From Psammoneis japonica (Eukaryota): a stretch of 64,000 nucleotides of DNA. Where the stretch lies: contig QPGO01000078.1 in the NCBI GenBank assembly GCA_008632985.1, positions 124,001 through 188,000 of the forward strand. Reading direction: 5' to 3'. Below, in pieces: positions 1-8,394 of this stretch. A program made the translations under genes and the position numbers. The notes beneath the pieces are model-generated. The model was not told where the DNA came from and ran no database searches. It saw only the letters and a program-made list of their open reading frames with translations. How positions within the stretch are numbered: the first letter of the stretch is position 1; every line of letters begins with the position of its first letter.

Positions 1-2260
1 GGGGAGCCAAGCAAGCGTGGAAAAATTGCATCTGGAGAACCTCACTCAGGTCCAAGAGGGCCACATAGTTGCTGGATCGTACTCCCGACACGGAAATCTC
101 ACCGTTTTCCGTCAGAGGTGCGTACAGCCCCCGACTCACAACAGTGTCGACAGATACAACTTGCTGCGTTTGATCCAACCAGTCACCCATCTGAACATTC
201 TTGGCGAGAGTCAGGGAATCATTCACGTACACCATGTGCCGCCCGGAAATCTCGAGGGTAGTTTGGCGGCTGGTGGTTATCCTCCAAAACTGGTCTAAAC
301 TCTTCTCGTCCTTGTGGGCAAATGAATAGAGACGCGAGTATGTACCATTGGATGTCTCTACCATGTCTCCGATTTGCACATCTTCAATAGAAACGAGACC
401 CTTGTTGAATACCCGAACAGTATTTGAGCTGGAGAAGCAAATAGGTGTACCGGTAATAGGTGTAACAGGTGCCGGCGCAGGAGGCAGTCTCTCGGCCGCA
501 ACACGACAAGCTTCCAATGCATTCACAAACCCGAAACCAGTGCCGAAGTCAAAGCCGGGGTCAGGCCCTGGCGTCCTAGTGTCATCCATATCATCAGAAG
601 TTTGCTCGAGAATGCCATATATTGCATCTGGGTCCAATCTACCTTTCTCGAGCATCAAGGCTGCCACGGCTGCAACATGGGGTGCGGCGGCAGAAGTGCC
701 AAAGAACCGGCCAAAGTGAGTAGTTAAGCCTCCATCGGGGCCAGTAAAGCGAGGCTGGTTTCGAATTTCTGGGGTAGCAAGTCGGTTTCCCGTGGTGTTA
801 AAAAGAATTTGGGTTCCTCCAGCGCTACTGAAATCTTGTGGGACTGCCGGACCTGTTCCAAACCCTGGCGAGCTACCATAAAAAGCTGCACCGACTCCGG
901 CTCCGTTTGCTGCATTGTGGTGCGCCACAAGCGTGGGAGTGGGTATTTCGTACTCGTTCTCGACGATAGTTCCATCGTAAACGATCCATTTCAGATATGT
1001 TGGGTCCCGGTCACCACTGATCTTTGCGATCAAAATATCAAATGTGATTCTAGGCGGTAGCCCTGTAAGCCACATAATCTCCACTGCGTCACCGCCAATG
1101 TTACTACTTCTACTGGCACCAAGCCTGGTTTTTCCCTCATAAGCGTAAATATTCATATCGATGTCACATCCAAGTCCACCGGCGGAGGCGAAGGGAGCGT
1201 CCCACTGAAATACGATCGAAACTTCGCCGTTTGATTCCAAAGTTACAGTATGTCGAACGTCAACAGTTCCATCAGTGGCAAAGTTAACAACCCGGATGGG
1301 GGGAATGTCGGCTGTATCAACGAATGTAATTGGATCAACATTTGCATCTCTATGCCAGCCATTCTGCCCTCGGTTGCCGGCACAACTAAAGAACGGTATT
1401 CCTTGACTGACAACTTCTTCAACGGCTTGATTGACAAGACCATCTTGGAACCATGGCTCTAGCAAATCGCTTACATCGTCTACAATCACATCACAGCCAG
1501 CTTGAGCAAGAGCACGAATTCCATTAGCAAATACAGATATCCCTCCAAATGCCGTGTGGAACGCAAAGCTAGCACCGGGAGCGACATCAAACGCGAGTTG
1601 CATCATGGCTCGACCTTCATCGGTGCCACTAATACAGCCCTCTTCTTCCTGCAAGACTTGGACTCCACTCGGAAGGTCACCTGAGGCAACGTCGTCGGCA
1701 GCCGAGATTGCAGCGTTTCCACAATCGTACGAATCCGACAAAATACCAATCTTGATACCCGCTCCATTAATGGAAAGTTCCTGCCTGGCATCGTCACTAG
1801 ACATTGCCCGGTCGCCTTCCGTTAGAACGCTTCCACTACTTTTGACCGAAAGAACAGGCTGAATCAATCGTACAAAGCTACTGCTGGCAACCAGAGTCAA
1901 ACTATCCATATGCACCGCAGCAGAGATGACGTGTTTGAAACGAGACCGGACTTCGACTCCAGGAATGGCTTCAACTTGCGCCGTCGTCGTTTCTGGTTCA
2001 AGCACAATATTCACAAGAACCTTGTCACCATCCAATGTGATCAACATGTTAGAATACAGAGGCTCCACTTGTGTATTTTGAAAGCCTGCGACGAAATCCC
2101 CCAACAGGACTCCAAATTTTGAAAACTCGGGATGTTCATTATGGCTGTCTGGCCCAAGAGATGCGTAAGCAACAACGCCAACGGATTGCAAAGAGACAGA
2201 CAAAGCCGACAGAGATGCAACGATCCAGGCGGCTCGCCGAATCGAGTTCGAAGCCTTCAT
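1..2260 (-). CDS. Secreted S8/S53-like (DEGRAM-type) serine peptidase with C-terminal Hedgehog-type Hint domain; 3' end lies outside the window
   Basis: Manual translation gives one open frame from ATG at 2260 to the window edge. Motifs in order: signal-like MKASNSIRRAAWIVASLSALSVSLQSVGVVA, GIKIGILSDS (Asp), TDEGRAMMQL (~1600-1624), CAGNRG, FFGTSAAAPHVAAVAAL (Ser at 692-694), a Pro/Thr linker, then the Hint domain CFSSSNTV (Cys at 437-439) to GLYAPLTENGEISVSGVRSSNY (~65). Confidence 0.9.
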   Translation of the reverse strand, partial: MKASNSIRRAAWIVASLSALSVSLQSVGVVAYASLGPDSHNEHPEFSKFGVLLGDFVAGFQNTQVEPLYSNMLITLDGDKVLVNIVLEPETTTAQVEAIPGVEVRSRFKHVISAAVHMDSLTLVASSSFVRLIQPVLSVKSSGSVLTEGDRAMSSDDARQELSINGAGIKIGILSDSYDCGNAAISAADDVASGDLPSGVQVLQEEEGCISGTDEGRAMMQLAFDVAPGASFAFHTAFGGISVFANGIRALAQAGCDVIVDDVSDLLEPWFQDGLVNQAVEEVVSQGIPFFSCAGNRGQNGWHRDANVDPITFVDTADIPPIRVVNFATDGTVDVRHTVTLESNGEVSIVFQWDAPFASAGGLGCDIDMNIYAYEGKTRLGASRSSNIGGDAVEIMWLTGLPPRITFDILIAKISGDRDPTYLKWIVYDGTIVENEYEIPTPTLVAHHNAANGAGVGAAFYGSSPGFGTGPAVPQDFSSAGGTQILFNTTGNRLATPEIRNQPRFTGPDGGLTTHFGRFFGTSAAAPHVAAVAALMLEKGRLDPDAIYGILEQTSDDMDDTRTPGPDPGFDFGTGFGFVNALEACRVAAERLPPAPAPVTPITGTPICFSSSNTVRVFNKGLVSIEDVQIGDMVETSNGTYSRLYSFAHKDEKSLDQFWRITTSRQTTLEISGRHMVYVNDSLTLAKNVQMGDWLDQTQQVVSVDTVVSRGLYAPLTENGEISVSGVRSSNYVALLDLSEVLQMQFFHACLAP

Positions 2261-3511
2261 GCAAAAGTCCAGTTTTTTGGAAGAATGAAGGAGGACTGAT
2301 GAGCCGTAACAACCAACGACAACAGATGTTAAAGAGTGATAATCAGGCTGAGATACTCACGGGGCTGGTGCGGTGGGAAACCAATGAAGCAAGCGGATGA
2401 CTGTGATCGTGCGTGATCGGCCCTGACTGTGTCTGTTGGGGTTGGCATTCCAAGTTTTTGGGGGCAATATCCGATGCATATGTACGTGCGGTCTGAGTAA
2501 CATCTACAATTGATTCATATATCAGGAGTTGAATAATAAATCAAACACAACAGAAAAAAGGCAATCATTTTGGAGTAATATTAAACCTTCATAGTTTATG
2601 TCTATATTTCGATTGATAATTGATATTTCGGAGAAACAGCATCGTCAGGAAGCAGGTAATATCGAATTTCTACACAATGACTATGAACATACCCTGAAGG
2701 AAAAAAGCAATCATGCATGCATGCCATGATTGAAGTGTGGCAGGCCCTACAGCGAGACATGAAATTAAACAAGTTCATGGGACATGAGATGCAAGCAAGG
2801 GCGGAGTGATGCCGCAGTGTGGCTGGATTGCACCCGACTGCAATGTGCTCCTTTGGAAAACAAAACAGAGGTCCATCAGGTGTTCTCAGCTCACCTGGCA
2901 AAAGAGAGCCCTTCTGGACCAAGTGCACAGTGGCGGCTCTGGCCGGCAATTTGTGGTGGAGAGCGGCGTGACCCGACAAAAAGCACAAAAGAATTTTGTG
3001 TTTTCAAGAGCAGGCTTCAAACACCCAAACTTTGTCGTTTCTTGATGCACAGTGTGGCAATGGCAGCAAATGCCACACTCTTGTGGCAGACACAGCAGCT
3101 GCACAAGAAAGCAAAGAAGAGCGACAAATGTGTGTCCTCTCATCAACAAGAAGCTGCCGGCAAAAGAAAACATGCTGGAGCTCTTTTCTTCTTTTGCCTC
3201 CAGCCAATGTGGTGCAAGACAAAAAAGGCAAAAAAAGCACTTTTAGATGAATGCTTTGTCACAGAGTGTCAACAAACAAAATTTGCCAAATGGTGTGGAG
3301 GGGAGAGTCATTGTCAACTGGGCTGATGCGCGCCACACCAAGCACAAAAAAGTCTCTTCCTCTGCTCCTTCTTGTGACAAAATGCAAGCTGCCAGTGTTT
3401 CAAGCTGGGGCTGCATTTTCTCACAACAGCAAATTGGTCTGTCTCAGAAGGATCAAGCATGGGGATGACTTTGAGTCAGCTTTGCCACCTGCAAGACTGT
3501 TGCGTGGGGCA

Positions 3512-3726
3512 TGACAGAATTCTAAGAAGAACCAAAGGTGTGTGTCACTCTCTGGCTGAAACATGTGTGACTATGTACAAAAAGCCTGTCAGTTTGAAGA
3601 AAGCGGTAAATGGTTTAGTCGGTAACCGGTTATAAGAGGACCTAGGTTCGATTCCTGGGTATCGCAATTTTTCAGGTTGATGGGTCGGATTTAATCGAGT
3701 TGGTCAATCTTGTTTAAATCCTGTCA
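3512..3726 (+). repeat. TRIM 5' LTR
   Basis: Matches 4013-4227 except at 3532, 3533 and 3542. Confidence 0.95.
3603..3666 (+). ncRNA. tRNA-like Pol III cassette lacking an anticodon arm (5' LTR copy)
   Basis: Acceptor stem GCGGTA/TATCGC plus discriminator A. A box TGGTTTAGTCGG (3611-3622) and D stem GGTT/AACC. T arm CTAGG-TTCGATT-CCTGG contains the B box GGTTCGATTCC (3645-3655). TTTTT follows at 3668-3672. Only 14 nt separate the D and T stems. Confidence 0.7.
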
Positions 3727-3740
3727 TGGTGCGAGGACCG
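3727..3740 (+). promoter_or_regulatory. Primer-binding site of the TRIM
   Basis: TGGTGCGAGGACCG abuts the CA end of the 5' LTR; TGG is complementary to tRNA CCA. Confidence 0.8.
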
Positions 3741-3964
3741 TTGATGATTTGAACCTAGGTGTGTGTGCTCCTTCAAGATGACTCTAAAACTGAGGAGAGG
3801 CTGCGGTGAGACAGACCGACGATGCACATAGTGCTCTTATTAGGGATGCCGAGGCCGGAATGGCCGCCCAATTATCAGTTCGCCGGGGAGGTCATGACAT
3901 GTGCAGAAAAATGTGGCCCAGGTAGAAGGGGAGCTGTGAGAAGTATCATTGTCCAAAGAAAGGA

Positions 3965-4002
3965 ACGTCAGACAGCTTCGTGACGTCAGACAGCTTCGTG
4001 AC
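3965..4002 (+). repeat. Perfect 18-bp tandem duplication inside the TRIM
   Basis: ACGTCAGACAGCTTCGTG twice, just upstream of the purine tract. Confidence 0.9.
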
Positions 4003-4012
4003 ATATGGGGAG

Positions 4013-4227
4013 TGACAGAATTCTAAGAAGAATTAAAGGTGTATGTCACTCTCTGGCTGAAACATGTGTGACTATGTACAAAAAGCCTGTCAGTTTGAAG
4101 AAAGCGGTAAATGGTTTAGTCGGTAACCGGTTATAAGAGGACCTAGGTTCGATTCCTGGGTATCGCAATTTTTCAGGTTGATGGGTCGGATTTAATCGAG
4201 TTGGTCAATCTTGTTTAAATCCTGTCA
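4013..4227 (+). repeat. TRIM 3' LTR
   Basis: Direct repeat of 3512-3726, followed by the GGGCA TSD. Confidence 0.95.
4104..4167 (+). ncRNA. tRNA-like Pol III cassette lacking an anticodon arm (3' LTR copy)
   Basis: Identical to 3603-3666. Confidence 0.7.
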
Positions 4228-4562
4228 GGGCACTTTTCTGCACGGAAGAGCAAGAAGAAACAACGACAGAGAGAGTTTTGGGAGCTCTTCTTTCCCAAGG
4301 CAAAGTTCCTCTGGATGACAGATCATGCACAAGTTGCTGTCCTTTCGAGCAACTTCAAGTCTGGGGTGTAAAATGGGGCAACACAGCACGAATTTTGTTG
4401 TTGTTGTTGCACACCCGCCTCTCACGTCATGACAAACACAGGACACTGTGTATGACAGGCCCCACATGCCACAGTGCGTGGGGCACTCTGCGGCAGGCAT
4501 GGAGGGGATGACAGACGGTGAAACGCGCGATCGGCGATCGAATACTGTAACTCAAAACCACC

Positions 4563-7500
4563 ATGACGACCTTGTCTTCGTCTTCTTGCGTCGTTCACAA
4601 TGATCCTTGGGTACACCGGGGCTTTCGAAAAGATAAACTACGCGTACGAGAGCGCTATTGGAGATGGCAGGAAGAATTGTCTTTTGCAGAAAATAATGTT
4701 GTCGTGATTCCGAGTGGTGTCGTGTGGCGAACGTACTTGCCGCTCTTGATGCACCTCATCGAGAAGACATCACGCACGAATTGGATCTTGTTGGAGAGCG
4801 CGGCGGATCTCATGGATTGGCGTAATTCGTCTCCAAGTATTAAGTATGAAGGAAGTTTTGTGTGCGAAGCGGCAGCGACGCAGGAACGCAGTCGCATCAA
4901 GAAACTTTTCGCAGAAAAGAAAGTTATCCCTTTTTGTGACTTGTCGGCGCGACAGCAAGAGCACGATGAATGGAACGATTTGAGGTATTCTGAAATGACT
5001 ATTGCGGAACGGAGTCAACACGCGTTGCTGCGTGCTGGGCGCATCGTGCTGTCGTCCTCCAACAATCGAGTCGTTCTGATTCTTGATGAGAGTGAATACG
5101 GCTTTGCTCAAGACCGCGAAGAAGCAGATGAAATTCAAAGATTGAACATGAGTGAATTCATAACATTTCTTGTGGATCAAACACTCATTCTAGACACAGA
5201 AAAGGAACGACTCGAGGAAATGAAGACACGTTGCCAAGAAGAATACAAACGACGCAACTTTGCTGAAGACGGCGGCTCCACAACGGGAACAACGCCTCAT
5301 TTCTCAGATGCACTCGTTCATGAGGGAATCCACAATGGGACATTGCTCCGTGGTCGCTTGGAGGTGACCAAGGAAAATCCGCGAGAGGCCTACGTGACGG
5401 ATGGTGATGGTCAAAAATGGTTTATCAATCAAGTTCTGGGACATTATAACCGGTCCCTTCATCACGATGTCGTGGTGGTGCAACCCTTGCCTCAAGCATC
5501 ATGGGCAAGACCGGTGGGACGGCGAAGACTCCTTCATCATGATGCATCGGACGACACAATGGATGCTTTGGATTCTGAGGAACCACCGGTACCGTCCGCA
5601 CGTGTCGTTGCGATTCACGCACCGTCTCGACGAAGGTTTGTGGCAACCCTTGTAGATCAACCCGCAGCCGACGAAATTGCCTTTTTGGTCATTCCCATGA
5701 GTGTTCAAATCCCAAAGATTCGGCTTCGTTCACGAGGATGGGAAAAGTACGTCAACAAGCGTCTCTTGGTGGAGGTGGATGACTGGGACGAGGGCTCCAA
5801 TTATCCTTCTGGACACTGTGTTCGAATACTGGGTGACGTGGGCGATTTGGAAACCGAAATCACCTGTCTCTTGATGGAACACGGTATTCAATTGGAACCA
5901 TTTAGTGTAAATGCAATGTCGTGCCTCCCTCCAGAAGGAGCAGACTGGACAATTCCCAAAGAGGAAGTTGAGGTTCGACGCGACTTGAGAAAGACGCACC
6001 GCATTTTCAGTGTGGATCCTCCCGGTTGTCAAGACATTGATGACACCATGCACGCTCGGACATTGCCAAACGGTGATGTGGAAGTGGGTGTTCACATTGC
6101 GGACGTTTCACATTTTGTTGCGCACAAGTCGGCACTCGACCTTGAGGCACAGGTGCGCGGAACAACCTTTTATCTCGTGGATCGACGGTTTGACATGCTT
6201 CCCTCCTTGTTGAGCTCCAACTTGTGTTCGTTGCATGGCAACACGGATCGACTCGCTGTGTCGGTGATTTGGACCTTGTCATCCGACCTTGAGACCGTAA
6301 AGTCGTGCTGGTATGGAAGGACAATTATTCACAATATGCAAGCCATGACCTACGAACAAGCGCACAATATTCTGCACGACAAGCCACCCGATGATGCAAC
6401 AAAGGCTCCTCCACCTCCGTTAATGGCCGGTGCCCCCGTTGATCCTGCTAAAATTGGTGCATTGAAGCAAGATTTGTCGATTCTGACTCGTCTATCGCGA
6501 AAGCTTCGAAAGGATCGAGAAGACTTTGGCGGCGCTGTTGACTTGTCCAGTGGCGACTTGGGATCGGAGTTGAAGTTTGTTCTGGATGAGAATGGGTATC
6601 CCATCAAGGTGGCTTCAAATCGAGAACTAGAGATCCATCATACGATTGCCGAGATGATGATTCTTGCAAATCAATACGTGGCAAAGAAAATTTTCAAACA
6701 CTTTCCAGAGTCGTCGCTTCTCCGTATCCACCAAACAGTCCAAGAGCACCGTTTTAATGACTTGGAGAAGGCGCTCAAGGCTGGAGGAGTAGCGTTTGAC
6801 GGCTCAAGCAACATGGCATTAGCCAAGTCATTGAACGTTGCAAAGCAACAAGCTAAAGGCGGTAACAAGCAAGTGAATGCCTTGTTGCAATCACTTGCAA
6901 CTAGAGCAATGTCAGAAGCAAAGTATATTTGCACGGGAGGCCAAGTGGGGACTAGCCTTACGCACTATGGGTTGGGCATTGAGCACTACACTCATTTCAC
7001 CTCGCCAATTCGTAGGTACGCTGATGTGGTTGTCCACAAACAATTGCTTGAAGCTCTTCAAGACCGTCCGGTTGTTGCGATGCCTTCCGTTCAAGATGCA
7101 CGGCAATCTAAACAAACATTTTTGGACGAGATTCCTGACTCAAACGTCATGTCTGTTTTGGGCGGAGAAGGATTGCGCAACGCAAGGGGATCAGAGACGA
7201 CACCAGAAAATGAGCTCGAGGGTGAGGATCTTTTGGATTCATTGATTGAAGGTGCGTCGACTCTTGCAATTGGTGCGGAGACTAGCGATGTCGGTAAGCC
7301 ATCCGAGAAGGATCATCCCGAATTGCTGGTGGCTGATGAGAAAGCCCCTTACACGTCATTAGAGGTTTCCAAGATTTGTGACGGACTGAATTCGCAAAAC
7401 CGTATGGCAAAGCTCTCCTCCTTTGAGTGCCAGAGACTGTTTTTGTCGCTCTACTTTCGAGACAACGTTGTGCAGACACAAGCCGTTGTGACTGATTTAC

Positions 7501-8360
7501 GTGTAAATGGGCTTCTCGTATACGTTCCAATGTTTGATCTAAAGGGTCCGGTGTTCTTGATCGACATCAACGGTAACGTGCAAATTGACCCTGCTTTGTT
7601 GGGATTGCCTCCCGATGCTGGCTTCCCAGCGACGTTGGGATTCACTGCGGTGAAGCGTTGTCGGATGCTTCCTACCGGGTCATGCGTGCTAAAAGAGTCA
7701 GGCGGAGAAAATAAAAAGGACAGCCTCGTTGTGACAATTCCTGATTATGGAGACGGCCACAGTTGTGCCTTTCGGGCTCTCGACGTTGTAACAGTGCAAT
7801 TGTCTTGTGACTTGTCGGATACTAAAGCGCGAGTCCCACCACCTCGGCTTCATCTTGTCTCGGTTGGGTATGATAGGCAACGCAGCAGTGGTGCTTCCAG
7901 AAGGAGTCCCCTAAAATCCGAAATGATTCAGAACCTACAGGGAGTAGATCGTCAGAAGGAAAATACCGCTCCGAAACATTCACCTCTACAGACAGGGAAA
8001 ACGCCAGCAGAGGGCTCTATTGCGGAGGTTTTGGCCTCCATTGACGTCAGACCTCGACTTCCTGGTGTTCCGTTGAGGTGTGAGCACCCACCGAACAAAT
8101 CTAAAGGAGAAATAAGCACGTCTTTTCGACGGCTGGGTGGGCGAATTGTCGTTGGTAACTTCACAAATATGGATACAAGGACAGCCTCTCAAGAGGCAGC
8201 CGTGGCAGCTGCTGCCGAAAGCGCGGCTCAGCGTCGCGCAGCTGCTGCCTCAAGAAGCACCAAAGAAGATGATTACCGATCAACTGAACGAATGGCGACT
8301 TCCCGCATGCAGCGACTTGCAGCACAGAAACGAAACGCGAGAGTTTCAAAGTCAAAATAA
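4563..8360 (+). CDS. DIS3: DIS3/RRP44-family 3'-5' exoribonuclease (degenerate PIN-like N-terminus, CSD, RNB)
   Basis: 1265-aa ORF with RNB catalytic motif FSVDPPGCQDIDDTMH, VGVHIADVSHFV and HYGLGIEHYTHFTSPIRRYADVVVH. The DPPGCxDIDD signature is DIS3/DIS3L-type rather than DIS3L2; the exact paralogue is uncertain. Confidence 0.9.
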   Translation: MTTLSSSSCVVHNDPWVHRGFRKDKLRVRERYWRWQEELSFAENNVVVIPSGVVWRTYLPLLMHLIEKTSRTNWILLESAADLMDWRNSSPSIKYEGSFVCEAAATQERSRIKKLFAEKKVIPFCDLSARQQEHDEWNDLRYSEMTIAERSQHALLRAGRIVLSSSNNRVVLILDESEYGFAQDREEADEIQRLNMSEFITFLVDQTLILDTEKERLEEMKTRCQEEYKRRNFAEDGGSTTGTTPHFSDALVHEGIHNGTLLRGRLEVTKENPREAYVTDGDGQKWFINQVLGHYNRSLHHDVVVVQPLPQASWARPVGRRRLLHHDASDDTMDALDSEEPPVPSARVVAIHAPSRRRFVATLVDQPAADEIAFLVIPMSVQIPKIRLRSRGWEKYVNKRLLVEVDDWDEGSNYPSGHCVRILGDVGDLETEITCLLMEHGIQLEPFSVNAMSCLPPEGADWTIPKEEVEVRRDLRKTHRIFSVDPPGCQDIDDTMHARTLPNGDVEVGVHIADVSHFVAHKSALDLEAQVRGTTFYLVDRRFDMLPSLLSSNLCSLHGNTDRLAVSVIWTLSSDLETVKSCWYGRTIIHNMQAMTYEQAHNILHDKPPDDATKAPPPPLMAGAPVDPAKIGALKQDLSILTRLSRKLRKDREDFGGAVDLSSGDLGSELKFVLDENGYPIKVASNRELEIHHTIAEMMILANQYVAKKIFKHFPESSLLRIHQTVQEHRFNDLEKALKAGGVAFDGSSNMALAKSLNVAKQQAKGGNKQVNALLQSLATRAMSEAKYICTGGQVGTSLTHYGLGIEHYTHFTSPIRRYADVVVHKQLLEALQDRPVVAMPSVQDARQSKQTFLDEIPDSNVMSVLGGEGLRNARGSETTPENELEGEDLLDSLIEGASTLAIGAETSDVGKPSEKDHPELLVADEKAPYTSLEVSKICDGLNSQNRMAKLSSFECQRLFLSLYFRDNVVQTQAVVTDLRVNGLLVYVPMFDLKGPVFLIDINGNVQIDPALLGLPPDAGFPATLGFTAVKRCRMLPTGSCVLKESGGENKKDSLVVTIPDYGDGHSCAFRALDVVTVQLSCDLSDTKARVPPPRLHLVSVGYDRQRSSGASRRSPLKSEMIQNLQGVDRQKENTAPKHSPLQTGKTPAEGSIAEVLASIDVRPRLPGVPLRCEHPPNKSKGEISTSFRRLGGRIVVGNFTNMDTRTASQEAAVAAAAESAAQRRAAAASRSTKEDDYRSTERMATSRMQRLAAQKRNARVSKSK

Positions 8361-8394
8361 ACAAAGTTATGCTTTTTAACATATACGCTTCGTC

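Larger units (their letters stand above)
3512..4227 (+). mobile_element. Non-autonomous LTR element (TRIM), 716 bp
   Basis: Two 215-bp direct repeats with TGACAG...CTGTCA ends. 5-bp TSD GGGCA at 3507-3511 and 4228-4232. PBS-like TGGTGCGAGGACCG directly after the 5' LTR and purine tract GGGGAG (4007-4012) before the 3' LTR. The 286-bp interior has no coding capacity. Confidence 0.93.
2720..4500. other. CpG/TpA-depleted decayed repeat island, interrupted by the TRIM
   Basis: 2720-3511 and 4228-~4500 have very few TA and reduced CG, with many TG/CA; the flanking genes are normal. Boundaries are approximate. Confidence 0.7.

Noticed and set aside
17..2400. Short ORFs listed in the track over 17-2400
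   Set aside because: Shadow frames of the unlisted minus-strand protease-Hint gene.
3603..3666. Functional tRNA gene
   Set aside because: No anticodon stem-loop can be formed (14 nt between the D and T stems), and it lies inside an LTR.
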